Notes: a model not told the origin generated them from the sequence alone. Shown: positions 26,217 to 34,196, numbered from the stretch's first letter. The stretch is 35,961 bases of DNA from a virus (IMGVR_UViG_3300011339_000677:1-35961), one strand, 5' to 3'. Numbers and translations: made by a program.

Positions 26217-26450
26217 TTGCCGATAGTATCAGCGCCCCGCTTGCCCGCTTTCCTTCCTAGTTGGCCAATCCATTCAACCTAGGCTGTCGGTTCCCTTCCT
26301 ATTCTGGCCGCTTGTCCCCCTTCGCCAGGATACCCCCCCTAGGACATCCAATGTCCCACCCCGTTACACGCGGAGCGATTCGCACTTGAGCGGGCCAATC
26401 GTCCTCTGGATCTCATGGTGCGGTATTCCAGAAATGGCATACGCCATACG

Positions 26451-26495
26451 CGAATTCGGAATTCGGAGTTTGGAATCCGGAATCCGGAAACCGGA
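26451..26495. repeat. Heptamer tandem repeat, 6 units
   Basis: CGAATTC GGAATTC GGAGTTT GGAATCC GGAATCC GGAAACC GGA. Confidence 0.85.
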
Positions 26496-26562
26496 CAAAT
26501 TATGGCGCGGTCTGCCGCTTTATACCGCTTGAGTCCATTCTGGATCCGTGCTTGGTCGCTGC

Positions 26563-27300
26563 ATGGGTGTGAAGAGAGTGATGGCGGTGGGCTGTAGCCA
26601 TGGTAATCGGGCCAATAAAGACGCGCTTGCCGCGGTTCTGCTCTTCCGCGAGCGGTTCCGACCGGATGAGGTGATCCACCTGGGCGACGCCTACGATCTG
26701 GCGAGTCTGAGGAGCGGCTCACTGGCCAATCCGGACGACTCGGATCACGCGGACGACTATCTGGACGACGTTCAGGAGGGCGTGGCCTTCCTGAATGCGT
26801 TACGCCCCACGGTCTTCACCCTCGGAAACCATGATGAGCGGGCCAAGAAGTACCTGAACCATCACAACGCGGTGGTCCGAGGATTCGCCGAGGCGGTGTG
26901 GGAGCGGATGATCAAGCCAATCGAGAAGCACTGCCACACCTTCATCAAGCACAACGACTGCCTAGATCGCTCCTTCTACAAGCTCGGTGGGTACAAGTGG
27001 GGACATGGTGTGCTCTATGGCGAAAACTTCATTCGTGATTCGGCTGAGACATTTGGCAACTGTGTGGTCGCGCATGCTCATCGAGCGGGCCAAGCAACAG
27101 GTCGAACTCAATCGAGTCCGGTGGGTTTTTGCGTTGGAACTCTGGCTAACATTCCGTCGATGGATTACGCGGCCAAGAGGCGGTCCACACTAGCATGGAA
27201 CCACGGTATTGTATTTGGAGAGTATACAGATAACGAAGCTCAATTATATATACATCAATGGCCACAGAACGAAACCAAATGGAATCTGCCGAGTTACTGA
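26563..27300 (+). CDS. Calcineurin-like metallophosphoesterase
   Basis: GCSHG, HLGDAYD, LGNHDER, HG and AHAHR motifs; start uncertain (26548 or 26563). Confidence 0.85.
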   Translation: MGVKRVMAVGCSHGNRANKDALAAVLLFRERFRPDEVIHLGDAYDLASLRSGSLANPDDSDHADDYLDDVQEGVAFLNALRPTVFTLGNHDERAKKYLNHHNAVVRGFAEAVWERMIKPIEKHCHTFIKHNDCLDRSFYKLGGYKWGHGVLYGENFIRDSAETFGNCVVAHAHRAGQATGRTQSSPVGFCVGTLANIPSMDYAAKRRSTLAWNHGIVFGEYTDNEAQLYIHQWPQNETKWNLPSY

Positions 27301-27533
27301 GACATCTGCGACTAGCGATCGCGAACCAGCCGGAGTGCGTCCCCAGCGATTGGAAGACCGCGTCCCAGTGGTCCGATGAATGGAACCTGACGGCCAACGC
27401 GGCGGGGATCATCCTCTGCCGCTCTACCAAACTCGGGGTGATGGAGTGCCGCAAGTTCCGGATCATGTCCGGCAACCGCGGCGTCTATCCGATCCAGCAC
27501 TACCGACTCGCGCCCGATCAGCCCAAGAAGTAG
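27279..27533 (+). CDS. Small hypothetical protein, possible winged-helix
   Basis: 84 aa; VP.DWKT..QW..EW helix pattern and terminal beta hairpin ending HYR; overlaps the phosphoesterase stop. Confidence 0.65.
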   Translation: MESAELLRHLRLAIANQPECVPSDWKTASQWSDEWNLTANAAGIILCRSTKLGVMECRKFRIMSGNRGVYPIQHYRLAPDQPKK

Positions 27534-27593
27534 GCCATCGATCCCCGTGATGCGGTCGAGAAGTCGCTCCTACCCTGCCACCCCTCCACCCCA

Positions 27594-27619
27594 GCCCCGG
27601 ACCCCCATCCGGGGGTTTT
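27594..27619 (+). terminator. Rho-independent terminator
   Basis: CCCCGGA-ccccca-TCCGGGG followed by GTTTT. Confidence 0.65.
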
Positions 27620-27797
27620 CGATTCTAAGCGATCGATACCCCTGTTCCGCTATCATCACGCTCCCGAGCCATCAAACGCGATCCTAGGGCCATTTCCGCT
27701 CCACCGCGGGGCATCCGTTCCATCCACTCTCAATCCACCAATCCCATTTCCATCCAACCAAGCGATCAAGCGATTCGTAATCAGTGGGTTAGCTTGC

Positions 27798-27947
27798 TAT
27801 CTGTGCCCCCTTCGCTTTAACAGCGAAGATGGGGGAGCACAGATACCCCTATATAGAGGGGTTAGTGGGGGTATACTAGGGGGGAGGGTTTACCATGAAA
27901 GGGGGGCACCATAGGCCTATAGGGTACCCCCTAGTGGGCCCCCCTAG
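27798..27947. other. Candidate replication origin (nested inverted repeats)
   Basis: TATCTGTGC-CCCC-TTCGCT..AGCGAA..GGGGG-GCACAGATA, then ACCCCT-atatag-AGGGGT and CTAGGGGG/CCCCCTAG repeats; non-coding, between convergent operons, downstream of the primase-helicase. Confidence 0.55.
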
Positions 27948-28270
27948 TTGGGAATCAGGCTGATGTGATTCCGGTAGGCGGCGAGGAGCTTTCGGTGCTT
28001 GGTTTCGAGGGTTTCCAGCCGGATCTCCAGGGCTCGGATCCGGTCGGAATCGGTGTGGCGGATGGTGCGGTTGTCGATGCCGTGCCAAGTGCGGTCGAGC
28101 TTGTCGAAGACGATGATCCTTCGCTTGCGGAGTTCATTGAACAACTTACTGGCCCGCTCGATATCGCAAGCGAGTGTCTGAGAGATGTGGATGACCACTT
28201 CGCTTAATGTAAGATCCTTGTCATGCTTGAGCGGGTTCATCCGCCCGAACTGATCCCTGTATGTATTCAT
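27944..28270 (-). CDS. Hypothetical protein (possible winged-helix plus coiled coil)
   Basis: 108 aa; ATGA-coupled to the primase-helicase. Confidence 0.65.
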   Translation of the reverse strand: MNTYRDQFGRMNPLKHDKDLTLSEVVIHISQTLACDIERASKLFNELRKRRIIVFDKLDRTWHGIDNRTIRHTDSDRIRALEIRLETLETKHRKLLAAYRNHISLIPN

Positions 28271-30051
28271 ATTGAGTCCTTCCTTTTGGCTTTGTTAAAC
28301 GGTTTCTTCTCCTTGAGTTGTGCGCCGGTCATTGCCATGGGGTTCCATTGCTCCCACTTGATGCCGGTGGTTCCGTGCTGGAGGTTGATGATGGAGGATG
28401 GGAGGCGCGATCCCCGCTTGCAGAATGCGAGCTGGAAGCGTCGAGGCTTTGACTGGCCTACTTCATTGAGAACGGCTATCTCCCGCGCCCAATTGGCAAG
28501 CTCGCTGGATCCGAAGCCTGCATGGGCCAGTTCCATTGTGGTGAGCGGCTCACCATCCTTGCGCTGGGTCTTGGAGATGTGATGCATCCAGATCCAAGCG
28601 ACCTTGGTCTCGTGAAGGATGGGCTGGAGCTTGTTGCGAAGGAATACGCTGACCTCGCCTTGATCGCTGAGGTCTCCGCCGAAGTAGGAGAACAAGGGAT
28701 CGGCGACGATGACATCGAGCTTTGACTTGTGGATGAAGCGGCGGGCGTAGGCGAGGAACTGATCGCCGGTGCGAACGGACTCGGTCCTGAATTCGAGCTG
28801 ATGCTGTAACCGCCTGATCTCTTCGCCTGTCGTTGAAAGCCCCTGGGCGACTCCCTGGAACGCTTCGGCGAGGTCACCGCGGTCATTCTCTGCTTGGATG
28901 ATCCCGATCTTGAGTGGCTTCACCGGCTGGATGCCAAAGAAGTCGAGACCAAGCGACCATCGGATGATGATCTGCATCATCAGGCTGGACTTACCGATGC
29001 CGGTGCCACCGCTGATGATCATGGAGGAGCCGCGGGTGAGCCAGCGTTTGCCGATGAGGTTATCCGGATCGTTTGATGAATCGAAATTGATGAGGTCTTT
29101 GACTGTGACGATGGTGGACTTGTCATCGTCGCTCTCGCGGTTGGTGAGCCAGTCCTCCCAGGATGCGGCACCGATGGTGGTGGCCAACAACTTCTGCTGA
29201 GCGGTGGGACTGCGCCATGCGCCGGGGAGGCGGGAGTAGCGCGACGGGTTCTTGTTCTTGGCATCGATGCCGGGTATGGCGGCGTAAATGAGATCCCGGC
29301 GGGCGTCCCATTCCTTGCGGGATGGAGCGTCTACACGGACCCAGCCGTGGATGCTCTTGCCACCGGAGTCGATGAGGACGGTGATGGGTAGGCCAGAGTC
29401 TCGGAGTCGCTTCTCCTGCTCGGGCTTGGGCAGGTCATCGAACTCGACGAGGACATGCCGGTAGGCGCTGACATCGTTGTCGCTGCCGCTGTAGAGTCCG
29501 GGCTTGAAGGGGTTGATGCGGACAAATATTCCCTCGCGCTCCGGTGAGAGGATGCGGGATTCGGGATCATCGAAGCGGTTGAGCCATTCCTCGATGGTGA
29601 TGAATGAGCCGGCACTGACTGGCCTACCCTCCTCGACGGCGTCGCAGATGCAGACGACCTCAGTCGGAGCGAACGCGGCCTGCATGAACCGCTTGAACTC
29701 GCTGGCTTGAGGATCTGGAGGAGTCATGGGCACAGGCTTCTTAAATGACACCCTGCTGATGTCGAATGGCGTTGTGGATGATTGAGTCCCGGCATCGAGA
29801 AGATGGCCCTTGGGCTTATTGTGAGCGCGGGACGCGGCATCCCGTAGCTTGTACGCAAGCTCTGTGGCTTTCCACGGTGGTTGGCAGGACTTGTTCCAGT
29901 CTTCGAGGAGATTGAGGCTGTCCACATGGGAGAGGCCGAAGCCGTGGACGAGACCTACGGCGGCGGTGTAGGTGGTGTTGTGACCACCGGATCCGGAGAT
30001 GGCTGGCGGTACCTTGGCAAGCCAAAGGGCCGCTCGTTCGAGCGTTGTCAT
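28267..30051 (-). CDS. Primase-helicase (PriCT-like + AEP/RepB-like primase + AAA_25/RepA-like helicase)
   Basis: 594 aa; G.GGHN...WN..CQPPW...EL, LVEFD, DSGGKSIH.W, NPSR.SRLPG, Walker A GGTGIGKS, QAEND, VADP, HH. Confidence 0.9.
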   Translation of the reverse strand: MTTLERAALWLAKVPPAISGSGGHNTTYTAAVGLVHGFGLSHVDSLNLLEDWNKSCQPPWKATELAYKLRDAASRAHNKPKGHLLDAGTQSSTTPFDISRVSFKKPVPMTPPDPQASEFKRFMQAAFAPTEVVCICDAVEEGRPVSAGSFITIEEWLNRFDDPESRILSPEREGIFVRINPFKPGLYSGSDNDVSAYRHVLVEFDDLPKPEQEKRLRDSGLPITVLIDSGGKSIHGWVRVDAPSRKEWDARRDLIYAAIPGIDAKNKNPSRYSRLPGAWRSPTAQQKLLATTIGAASWEDWLTNRESDDDKSTIVTVKDLINFDSSNDPDNLIGKRWLTRGSSMIISGGTGIGKSSLMMQIIIRWSLGLDFFGIQPVKPLKIGIIQAENDRGDLAEAFQGVAQGLSTTGEEIRRLQHQLEFRTESVRTGDQFLAYARRFIHKSKLDVIVADPLFSYFGGDLSDQGEVSVFLRNKLQPILHETKVAWIWMHHISKTQRKDGEPLTTMELAHAGFGSSELANWAREIAVLNEVGQSKPRRFQLAFCKRGSRLPSSIINLQHGTTGIKWEQWNPMAMTGAQLKEKKPFNKAKRKDSI

Positions 30052-30089
30052 GTCGTTGATTCGTTGCTGGTTAAGGACTGTGCTGACTA

Positions 30090-30248
30090 CTACTTCTTCT
30101 TACGAAGTGTTCCGGCCTTCTTCATGGCCTTGAACATTTCCACTTCCATCAGTCGTTTGATGGCGGCGGTCTTGGTTGGGTAGGTGCCCATGTTCTTGTG
30201 GTGTTCCTTGGACTCCACTTTGTATCCGGATTTAGTTTTCTTGATCAT
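30090..30248 (-). CDS. Small basic protein (not in ORF track)
   Basis: 52 aa: MIKKTKSGYKVESKEHHKNMGTYPTKTAAIKRLMEVEMFKAMKKAGTLRKKK. Confidence 0.75.
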   Translation of the reverse strand: MIKKTKSGYKVESKEHHKNMGTYPTKTAAIKRLMEVEMFKAMKKAGTLRKKK

Positions 30249-30435
30249 GTGGTTTGAACTTTTCGTGGAACTCTGAGGTGCGGCGGACGTAGATGGTATC
30301 GCCTCGGCGGTATACGATCACAGGGCTTCGGAACTCGGCCAAACGGAATTCAGCGTCTCCGATGAGTTCAACGATGACAGCGGGGTTGGTTCGGTTGACG
30401 AACCGAGTGGTTGGTTGGGAGGTGGCTGTATGCAT
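30232..30435 (-). CDS. DUF1653-like small protein
   Basis: 67 aa; VIVY......YVR...EF.EKF. Confidence 0.6.
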   Translation of the reverse strand: MHTATSQPTTRFVNRTNPAVIVELIGDAEFRLAEFRSPVIVYRRGDTIYVRRTSEFHEKFKPHDQEN

Positions 30436-30632
30436 TTGGGGAGTTCGGATCGTGGTGGGTATTTGATGAAGCCGTGTTTGACGCCCCACTCCAGAACCTT
30501 GGCCGACTCCTCGATGAGGCGACGGTTCTCGTCGGTGAGTACGGTGCGTTCCTCTTCGGTGATGGGGCTGGGCTTCTTGTTATTTATGAGGCGGGATTCG
30601 TACCAGGGTTGTTCGTGCCGTGGGGTTTTCAT
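30318..30632 (-). CDS. Hypothetical protein
   Basis: 104 aa; ATGA-coupled to the upstream gene; C-terminal tail overlaps the downstream gene by 118 bp. Confidence 0.55.
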   Translation of the reverse strand: MKTPRHEQPWYESRLINNKKPSPITEEERTVLTDENRRLIEESAKVLEWGVKHGFIKYPPRSELPKCIQPPPNQPLGSSTEPTPLSSLNSSETLNSVWPSSEAL

Positions 30633-30874
30633 GTGGGGAGGATTCTCGCCAGGACACAATTGCAGTAGGTGCCCTTGGTCTTGGCGTTACATCGAGGGTG
30701 ATGGACAGGACTGGCGAGAATGTGCGCTGTGAGGTCGCTTGTGAGCTTGACCATGTCAGTGAGACGGCTGGCTGCTTCGAGGCAGAGGGCTTGTGCGACT
30801 CCATCTGATGATTCGATTTGAGTGCTTACGATCTTGAGTGCCGTGACGATGTCGTGTGTTGAGGACTTGTTCAT
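30629..30874 (-). CDS. Hypothetical protein with H/C cluster
   Basis: 81 aa; HH.RC......YCNC; ATGA overlaps on both sides. Confidence 0.7.
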   Translation of the reverse strand: MNKSSTHDIVTALKIVSTQIESSDGVAQALCLEAASRLTDMVKLTSDLTAHILASPVHHPRCNAKTKGTYCNCVLARILPT

Positions 30875-31131
30875 TTTTGTTTGTGGATTATGAGGCCGTT
30901 ACCTTTGTCGTCGGTGAATTCCACTGACCGGATGTGATCCAAGCGGGCCAGTGTCTTTACCATCTCTAGTGGGTCATGTGCTTGAGCGACGCAGGTGAGA
31001 TGGATATCCCCGTCGCCATAGTTGAGTTTGAGGTTCTCCGCGGTGCGATCCCGTAAAATGCGGATGGTCCGCCCCTCAGAGAGACGGACCACCTTGATTG
31101 ATTCTACGAGTGGGTATTGGTGACGACTCAT
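30871..31131 (-). CDS. Hypothetical protein
   Basis: 86 aa from MSRHQYP; ATGA overlaps on both sides. Confidence 0.7.
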   Translation of the reverse strand: MSRHQYPLVESIKVVRLSEGRTIRILRDRTAENLKLNYGDGDIHLTCVAQAHDPLEMVKTLARLDHIRSVEFTDDKGNGLIIHKQK

Positions 31132-31502
31132 TGGTTTTGCTTGCCGCAATGAGAACAGTACCCATTGGGGTTGTGCTCAAGCGGTTTGACAGCGAGCCAC
31201 CTGCAAAGGTCGATGTAGGACTTGTTCCCGAAGTTCGGCCACTTGAACGGAGCGATGTCGCCGACGGTTACTGCATGTCGAGCTACCTCTTGATTGGTGA
31301 TGGCCAACTTCTCCATGAGCTTGGCGTTACGGACACTGAGTCCGAAGGTCCACTTAGACCGATCCAGATCGCGCTGCTTACCGGCTTGGATGATCTGATA
31401 GACGCGCTGCTTGGACATCTTGAGGTGTTCACCGATGAGCCGGTAGGTGAGACCCTTGGCCCGTAGTTCTGTGACTTGATCGATTGATTCGTTGAGTTTC
31501 AT
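31128..31502 (-). CDS. HTH (sigma region 4-like) fused to RNA polymerase alpha-CTD-like domain
   Basis: LR.KGLTY..IG..L.MS.QRV.QI, then LSVRNAKLM...PNFGNKSY.DL, then CSHC. Start uncertain; frame is open upstream to 31817. Confidence 0.7.
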   Translation of the reverse strand: MKLNESIDQVTELRAKGLTYRLIGEHLKMSKQRVYQIIQAGKQRDLDRSKWTFGLSVRNAKLMEKLAITNQEVARHAVTVGDIAPFKWPNFGNKSYIDLCRWLAVKPLEHNPNGYCSHCGKQNQ

Positions 31503-31561
31503 ATAGTTTGGTTTGAGAAGGACATGGTGCTTCTTGGTTCTAGTCCTCTTGGTTTTGATTT

Positions 31562-31741
31562 CTACCGGAGCGGGATTTGGACTGCTCGATACCGCTTGAT
31601 CGCTTTGTGGCACTGCACACACAGGCCGTGTTGGATTGTGCAACCGCAGCCCAAGCAAGCGGCCAATTCGTGACATAACTGTTTCCATCGTTGTAGTTCC
31701 TCTATTGTTGTTTGTTGTTTTTGTTGTTCCTGATGTTCCAT
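31562..31741 (-). CDS. Small Cys-rich hypothetical protein
   Basis: 59 aa; EELQRWKQLCHELAACLGCGC......CVQC; competes with the upstream extension of the alpha-CTD-like ORF. Confidence 0.45.
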   Translation of the reverse strand: MEHQEQQKQQTTIEELQRWKQLCHELAACLGCGCTIQHGLCVQCHKAIKRYRAVQIPLR

Positions 31742-31947
31742 ACGCATGACAGTGAGATTCCGTATTTGTTGGATAGTTCCTGGTATGTGTAGGACTTGTC
31801 CTCCTTGAGTATGGCATTCCGGATCTCGACTGGAATAGCCATCCACCGTCTGTTGATCCTCGGACTCGGATCCTTGAACGGAGTGACGGGGCCGACCATC
31901 CGTGCCATTGACTCGCTCGTCAACCCTAATTTTTGCAGCAGTGTCAT
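31702..31947 (-). CDS. HTH-domain protein
   Basis: 81 aa; TYQELSNKYGISLSCVWNIRN. Confidence 0.7.
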   Translation of the reverse strand: MTLLQKLGLTSESMARMVGPVTPFKDPSPRINRRWMAIPVEIRNAILKEDKSYTYQELSNKYGISLSCVWNIRNNKNNKQQ

Positions 31948-31978
31948 TTTTGTCTTCTATTCGTTGGTGATAAGCAGG

Positions 31979-32152
31979 TCATGGTTTCAACGCCTCTGCG
32001 GCGATCTGCGACTCCTCTGATCGGTTGCCCCGATAGTCAGCATTCGCGATGCGCCGGAGTGCAGCCTCCAGGTGCGCGATCCTGGCTCGGGCTTCTTCCA
32101 GTTCCTTCCAAGTCTTGACGGCGTCGATGTTTCTCATTTCTTCGATGGTCAT
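31979..32152 (-). CDS. Small coiled-coil protein (not in ORF track)
   Basis: 57 aa: MTIEEMRNIDAVKTWKELEEARARIAHLEAALRRIANADYRGNRSEESQIAAEALKP. Confidence 0.7.
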   Translation of the reverse strand: MTIEEMRNIDAVKTWKELEEARARIAHLEAALRRIANADYRGNRSEESQIAAEALKP

Positions 32153-32370
32153 GGTTTCTCGCTTAGTTCTTTGATGATCTTGGTCCTGGCTCGCCCCTTC
32201 GCTTTGACGATAAGTTGCAGGATGATGATTGGGTTTACCGTTGAAACATGCTGCCAGTATGGCCTAGCTGCATCGAGTTCCCGTGCGCGGTCGATGTCCA
32301 CCACAAGCACCTCGCCGGTCATTTTGTGTTTGTAAACGAACGCGACTGACAGGTCTGGTGGGGTGTTCAT
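32149..32370 (-). CDS. Hypothetical protein
   Basis: 73 aa from MNTPPDL; ATGA overlaps on both sides. Confidence 0.7.
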   Translation of the reverse strand: MNTPPDLSVAFVYKHKMTGEVLVVDIDRARELDAARPYWQHVSTVNPIIILQLIVKAKGRARTKIIKELSEKP

Positions 32371-32621
32371 ACTGCTTCCTTCTTCGACTGCTTCCATTCC
32401 CGCAATGCGGAATCCACATCCAATCCGCCGATGTGACTTCGATTGTAAATCAGCCAGATGAAAACCAAGTCTCCTGCGTCTTTCAGTTTTTCAATGTTGT
32501 CCTCCAGTTGTTTGATCCGATCCTCCCGCTTACGGACTTCGAGAGCGATTGCGCGGAGTTCGCGGGAGTCGTAGTAATTCTGCTTCTCAGCGATATCGAT
32601 GATTCGTTGTTCGAGTGTCAC
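32367..32621 (-). CDS. Hypothetical protein (RIK.LE...AGD family)
   Basis: 84 aa; AAGGAGG upstream; GTGA coupling. Confidence 0.75.
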   Translation of the reverse strand: MTLEQRIIDIAEKQNYYDSRELRAIALEVRKREDRIKQLEDNIEKLKDAGDLVFIWLIYNRSHIGGLDVDSALREWKQSKKEAV

Positions 32622-32854
32622 GGCTTTGCCTCCTTGGCTTCTTGTTGCTTCATCCAGTTATCAATCGCTTTCAGGACATCGGCATGGCTTTTCTCGACGC
32701 TTTCCAAACGTTTGATCCTGTTATTCAAACGATTCAGTTCTCGGACGATGAACTGTGGATGAAGATCCTTTAGGTTGACACCATCAGGGGTGTGGATTGT
32801 GAATCCATGAACAGGACCTAAATTGCTATGTTTTGAAAATCTGTATCGGCTCAC
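32618..32854 (-). CDS. Hypothetical protein (RELN...RIKRLE...KEAKP family)
   Basis: 78 aa; AAGGAGG upstream; GTGA coupling. Confidence 0.75.
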   Translation of the reverse strand: MSRYRFSKHSNLGPVHGFTIHTPDGVNLKDLHPQFIVRELNRLNNRIKRLESVEKSHADVLKAIDNWMKQQEAKEAKP

Positions 32855-33108
32855 GGCTTGGCCTCCTTGGCTTTACGCCAAATTTCCCGACCTACGCGAG
32901 TGGACCGCAGGAACATCGCATCCCCCGCCTCCTCCAGCCGCTTGATGCGCTGGTTCGCTGCGTTGAGTTCGCGTTCGAGTTGGCGAGCGAGCGACACAGA
33001 AACACAGCTCCGAGATGAATTGTCCGGCGATGTGTAGGCCCGAAACGTATTCTCATCCGTTCTCGGCGTATCACCGACCATTTTGTTGGTGTCACCAAGA
33101 TGGTTCAT
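32851..33108 (-). CDS. Hypothetical protein (DTPRTD...ARQLERELN...RIKRLEEAGD...KEAKP)
   Basis: 85 aa from ATG at 33108; GGAGG upstream. Confidence 0.75.
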   Translation of the reverse strand: MNHLGDTNKMVGDTPRTDENTFRAYTSPDNSSRSCVSVSLARQLERELNAANQRIKRLEEAGDAMFLRSTRVGREIWRKAKEAKP

Positions 33109-33467
33109 TTCGATTCCTCCCATTTACCAATCGTGCGGAGGAAAGCCTCTGCGCGTTGTGATGCGGTGGCGTGAGATAGACACATCAAATGGTCATCCTG
33201 AGTGCCTTTGTCCCAGCGGAAACCTCGTGCTGAACAAACTATTCCAACAAGTTGATTTGTGAACTCCATCTCGTCTCCGAAATCCCAAAGCATCCTCTCA
33301 GCAGCATGCATAGCGTTGAGGTCGTTGAGATAATCGGGGAGACTATCGAAATCCCATCCGGCATTGCTGTCGGCGCGTTCAAAGCATCTGCGTCCGTCTA
33401 GCCATGCCTCGGTTTCTTTCCACCCACACGCTTCCGCGATGGCAATCTGTTGCTGTTCTGGTGTCAT
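33105..33467 (-). CDS. Hypothetical protein, phage ABA-sandwich-like
   Basis: 120 aa; IAE..GW, LPDY.NDLNA.H..E, ATA.QRAEAFL. Confidence 0.7.
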   Translation of the reverse strand: MTPEQQQIAIAEACGWKETEAWLDGRRCFERADSNAGWDFDSLPDYLNDLNAMHAAERMLWDFGDEMEFTNQLVGIVCSARGFRWDKGTQDDHLMCLSHATASQRAEAFLRTIGKWEESK

Positions 33468-33631
33468 TGCTTGTCCTCCTTATTAAGCAGCTCAAACAGT
33501 TCGTCTTTTACGCGATGTCTTACAATCGACTCGACCAATCCTCCATCAGATGATTCTCTCGCTTGTTCGGATTTTGCGTCGATTGCCGCGTCGATGTATT
33601 GCAACAGTTTGGTCAGTAGTTCTTCGCTCAT
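33464..33631 (-). CDS. Small hypothetical protein
   Basis: 55 aa from MSEELL; GGAGG upstream; ATGA overlaps. Confidence 0.7.
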   Translation of the reverse strand: MSEELLTKLLQYIDAAIDAKSEQARESSDGGLVESIVRHRVKDELFELLNKEDKQ

Positions 33632-34005
33632 TTCGATTCCTCCACGACCCCACACGGGAGCCACGTTTTACCGCCGTCGGTGCTGTGTTCGTAGCAGGTC
33701 AGCCAGCCTTCTCTAGTCATAGAGTTGCCTGATTGAATAATCATCGAACGATGATCTGGATGATATGATTTGCTCCTGACTTGCGCCCCCAGCGGAACCT
33801 CATCCGCAGTCCACGGTCGGAGAACAGGGGTGGGTTTGATGCGGTAGTAACAGTTATCAAAATCCCAGCACGGGTCATCTATATCGCACCAGTCTGGCTT
33901 CAAAGACTCTTTTGGATTCCAGAGTTTCCCGCTTCGCTGGACTTCCTTCCCATCCACATACGCTTGCATGACGCGGATGGCTTCGATTGTTTGTTCGATG
34001 TTCAT
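33628..34005 (-). CDS. Conserved phage hypothetical protein
   Basis: 125 aa; MQAY.DGK.VQ, W.....P.W.F....YRIKP. Confidence 0.8.
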   Translation of the reverse strand: MNIEQTIEAIRVMQAYVDGKEVQRSGKLWNPKESLKPDWCDIDDPCWDFDNCYYRIKPTPVLRPWTADEVPLGAQVRSKSYHPDHRSMIIQSGNSMTREGWLTCYEHSTDGGKTWLPCGVVEESK

Positions 34006-34196
34006 TTCGATTCCTTCCTCGCTAGGTATTCCGCGATAGCCTCGTCGGCTAAACCCTGAGTTCTGTATCCGTTTTTGACTGCGTATGCTTTTAGTTGAGC
34101 ATGAACATCTGGTGATACTAAAACGTGTTTAACTGGATCACGTTCCCGCTTGGGTTTGCTTGTTCCTTTTGTTCCTGTTCCAATAGCTGATTTCAT
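34002..34196 (-). CDS. Ribbon-helix-helix-like DNA-binding protein
   Basis: 64 aa; KHVLVSPDVHAQLKAYAVKNG......ADEAIAEYL. Confidence 0.6.
   Translation of the reverse strand: MKSAIGTGTKGTSKPKRERDPVKHVLVSPDVHAQLKAYAVKNGYRTQGLADEAIAEYLARKESK

Noticed and set aside
26339-26722. ORFs spanning the heptamer repeat (26339-26722 - and 26415-26597 +)
   Set aside because: Translations are dominated by the repeat and overlap the phosphoesterase start; likely spurious.
32618-34015. Repeated linkers read as a CRISPR array or integron attC sites
   Set aside because: Spacing is 230-520 bp of intact coding sequence, the repeats are non-palindromic and of several types, and no cas or integrase gene is present.
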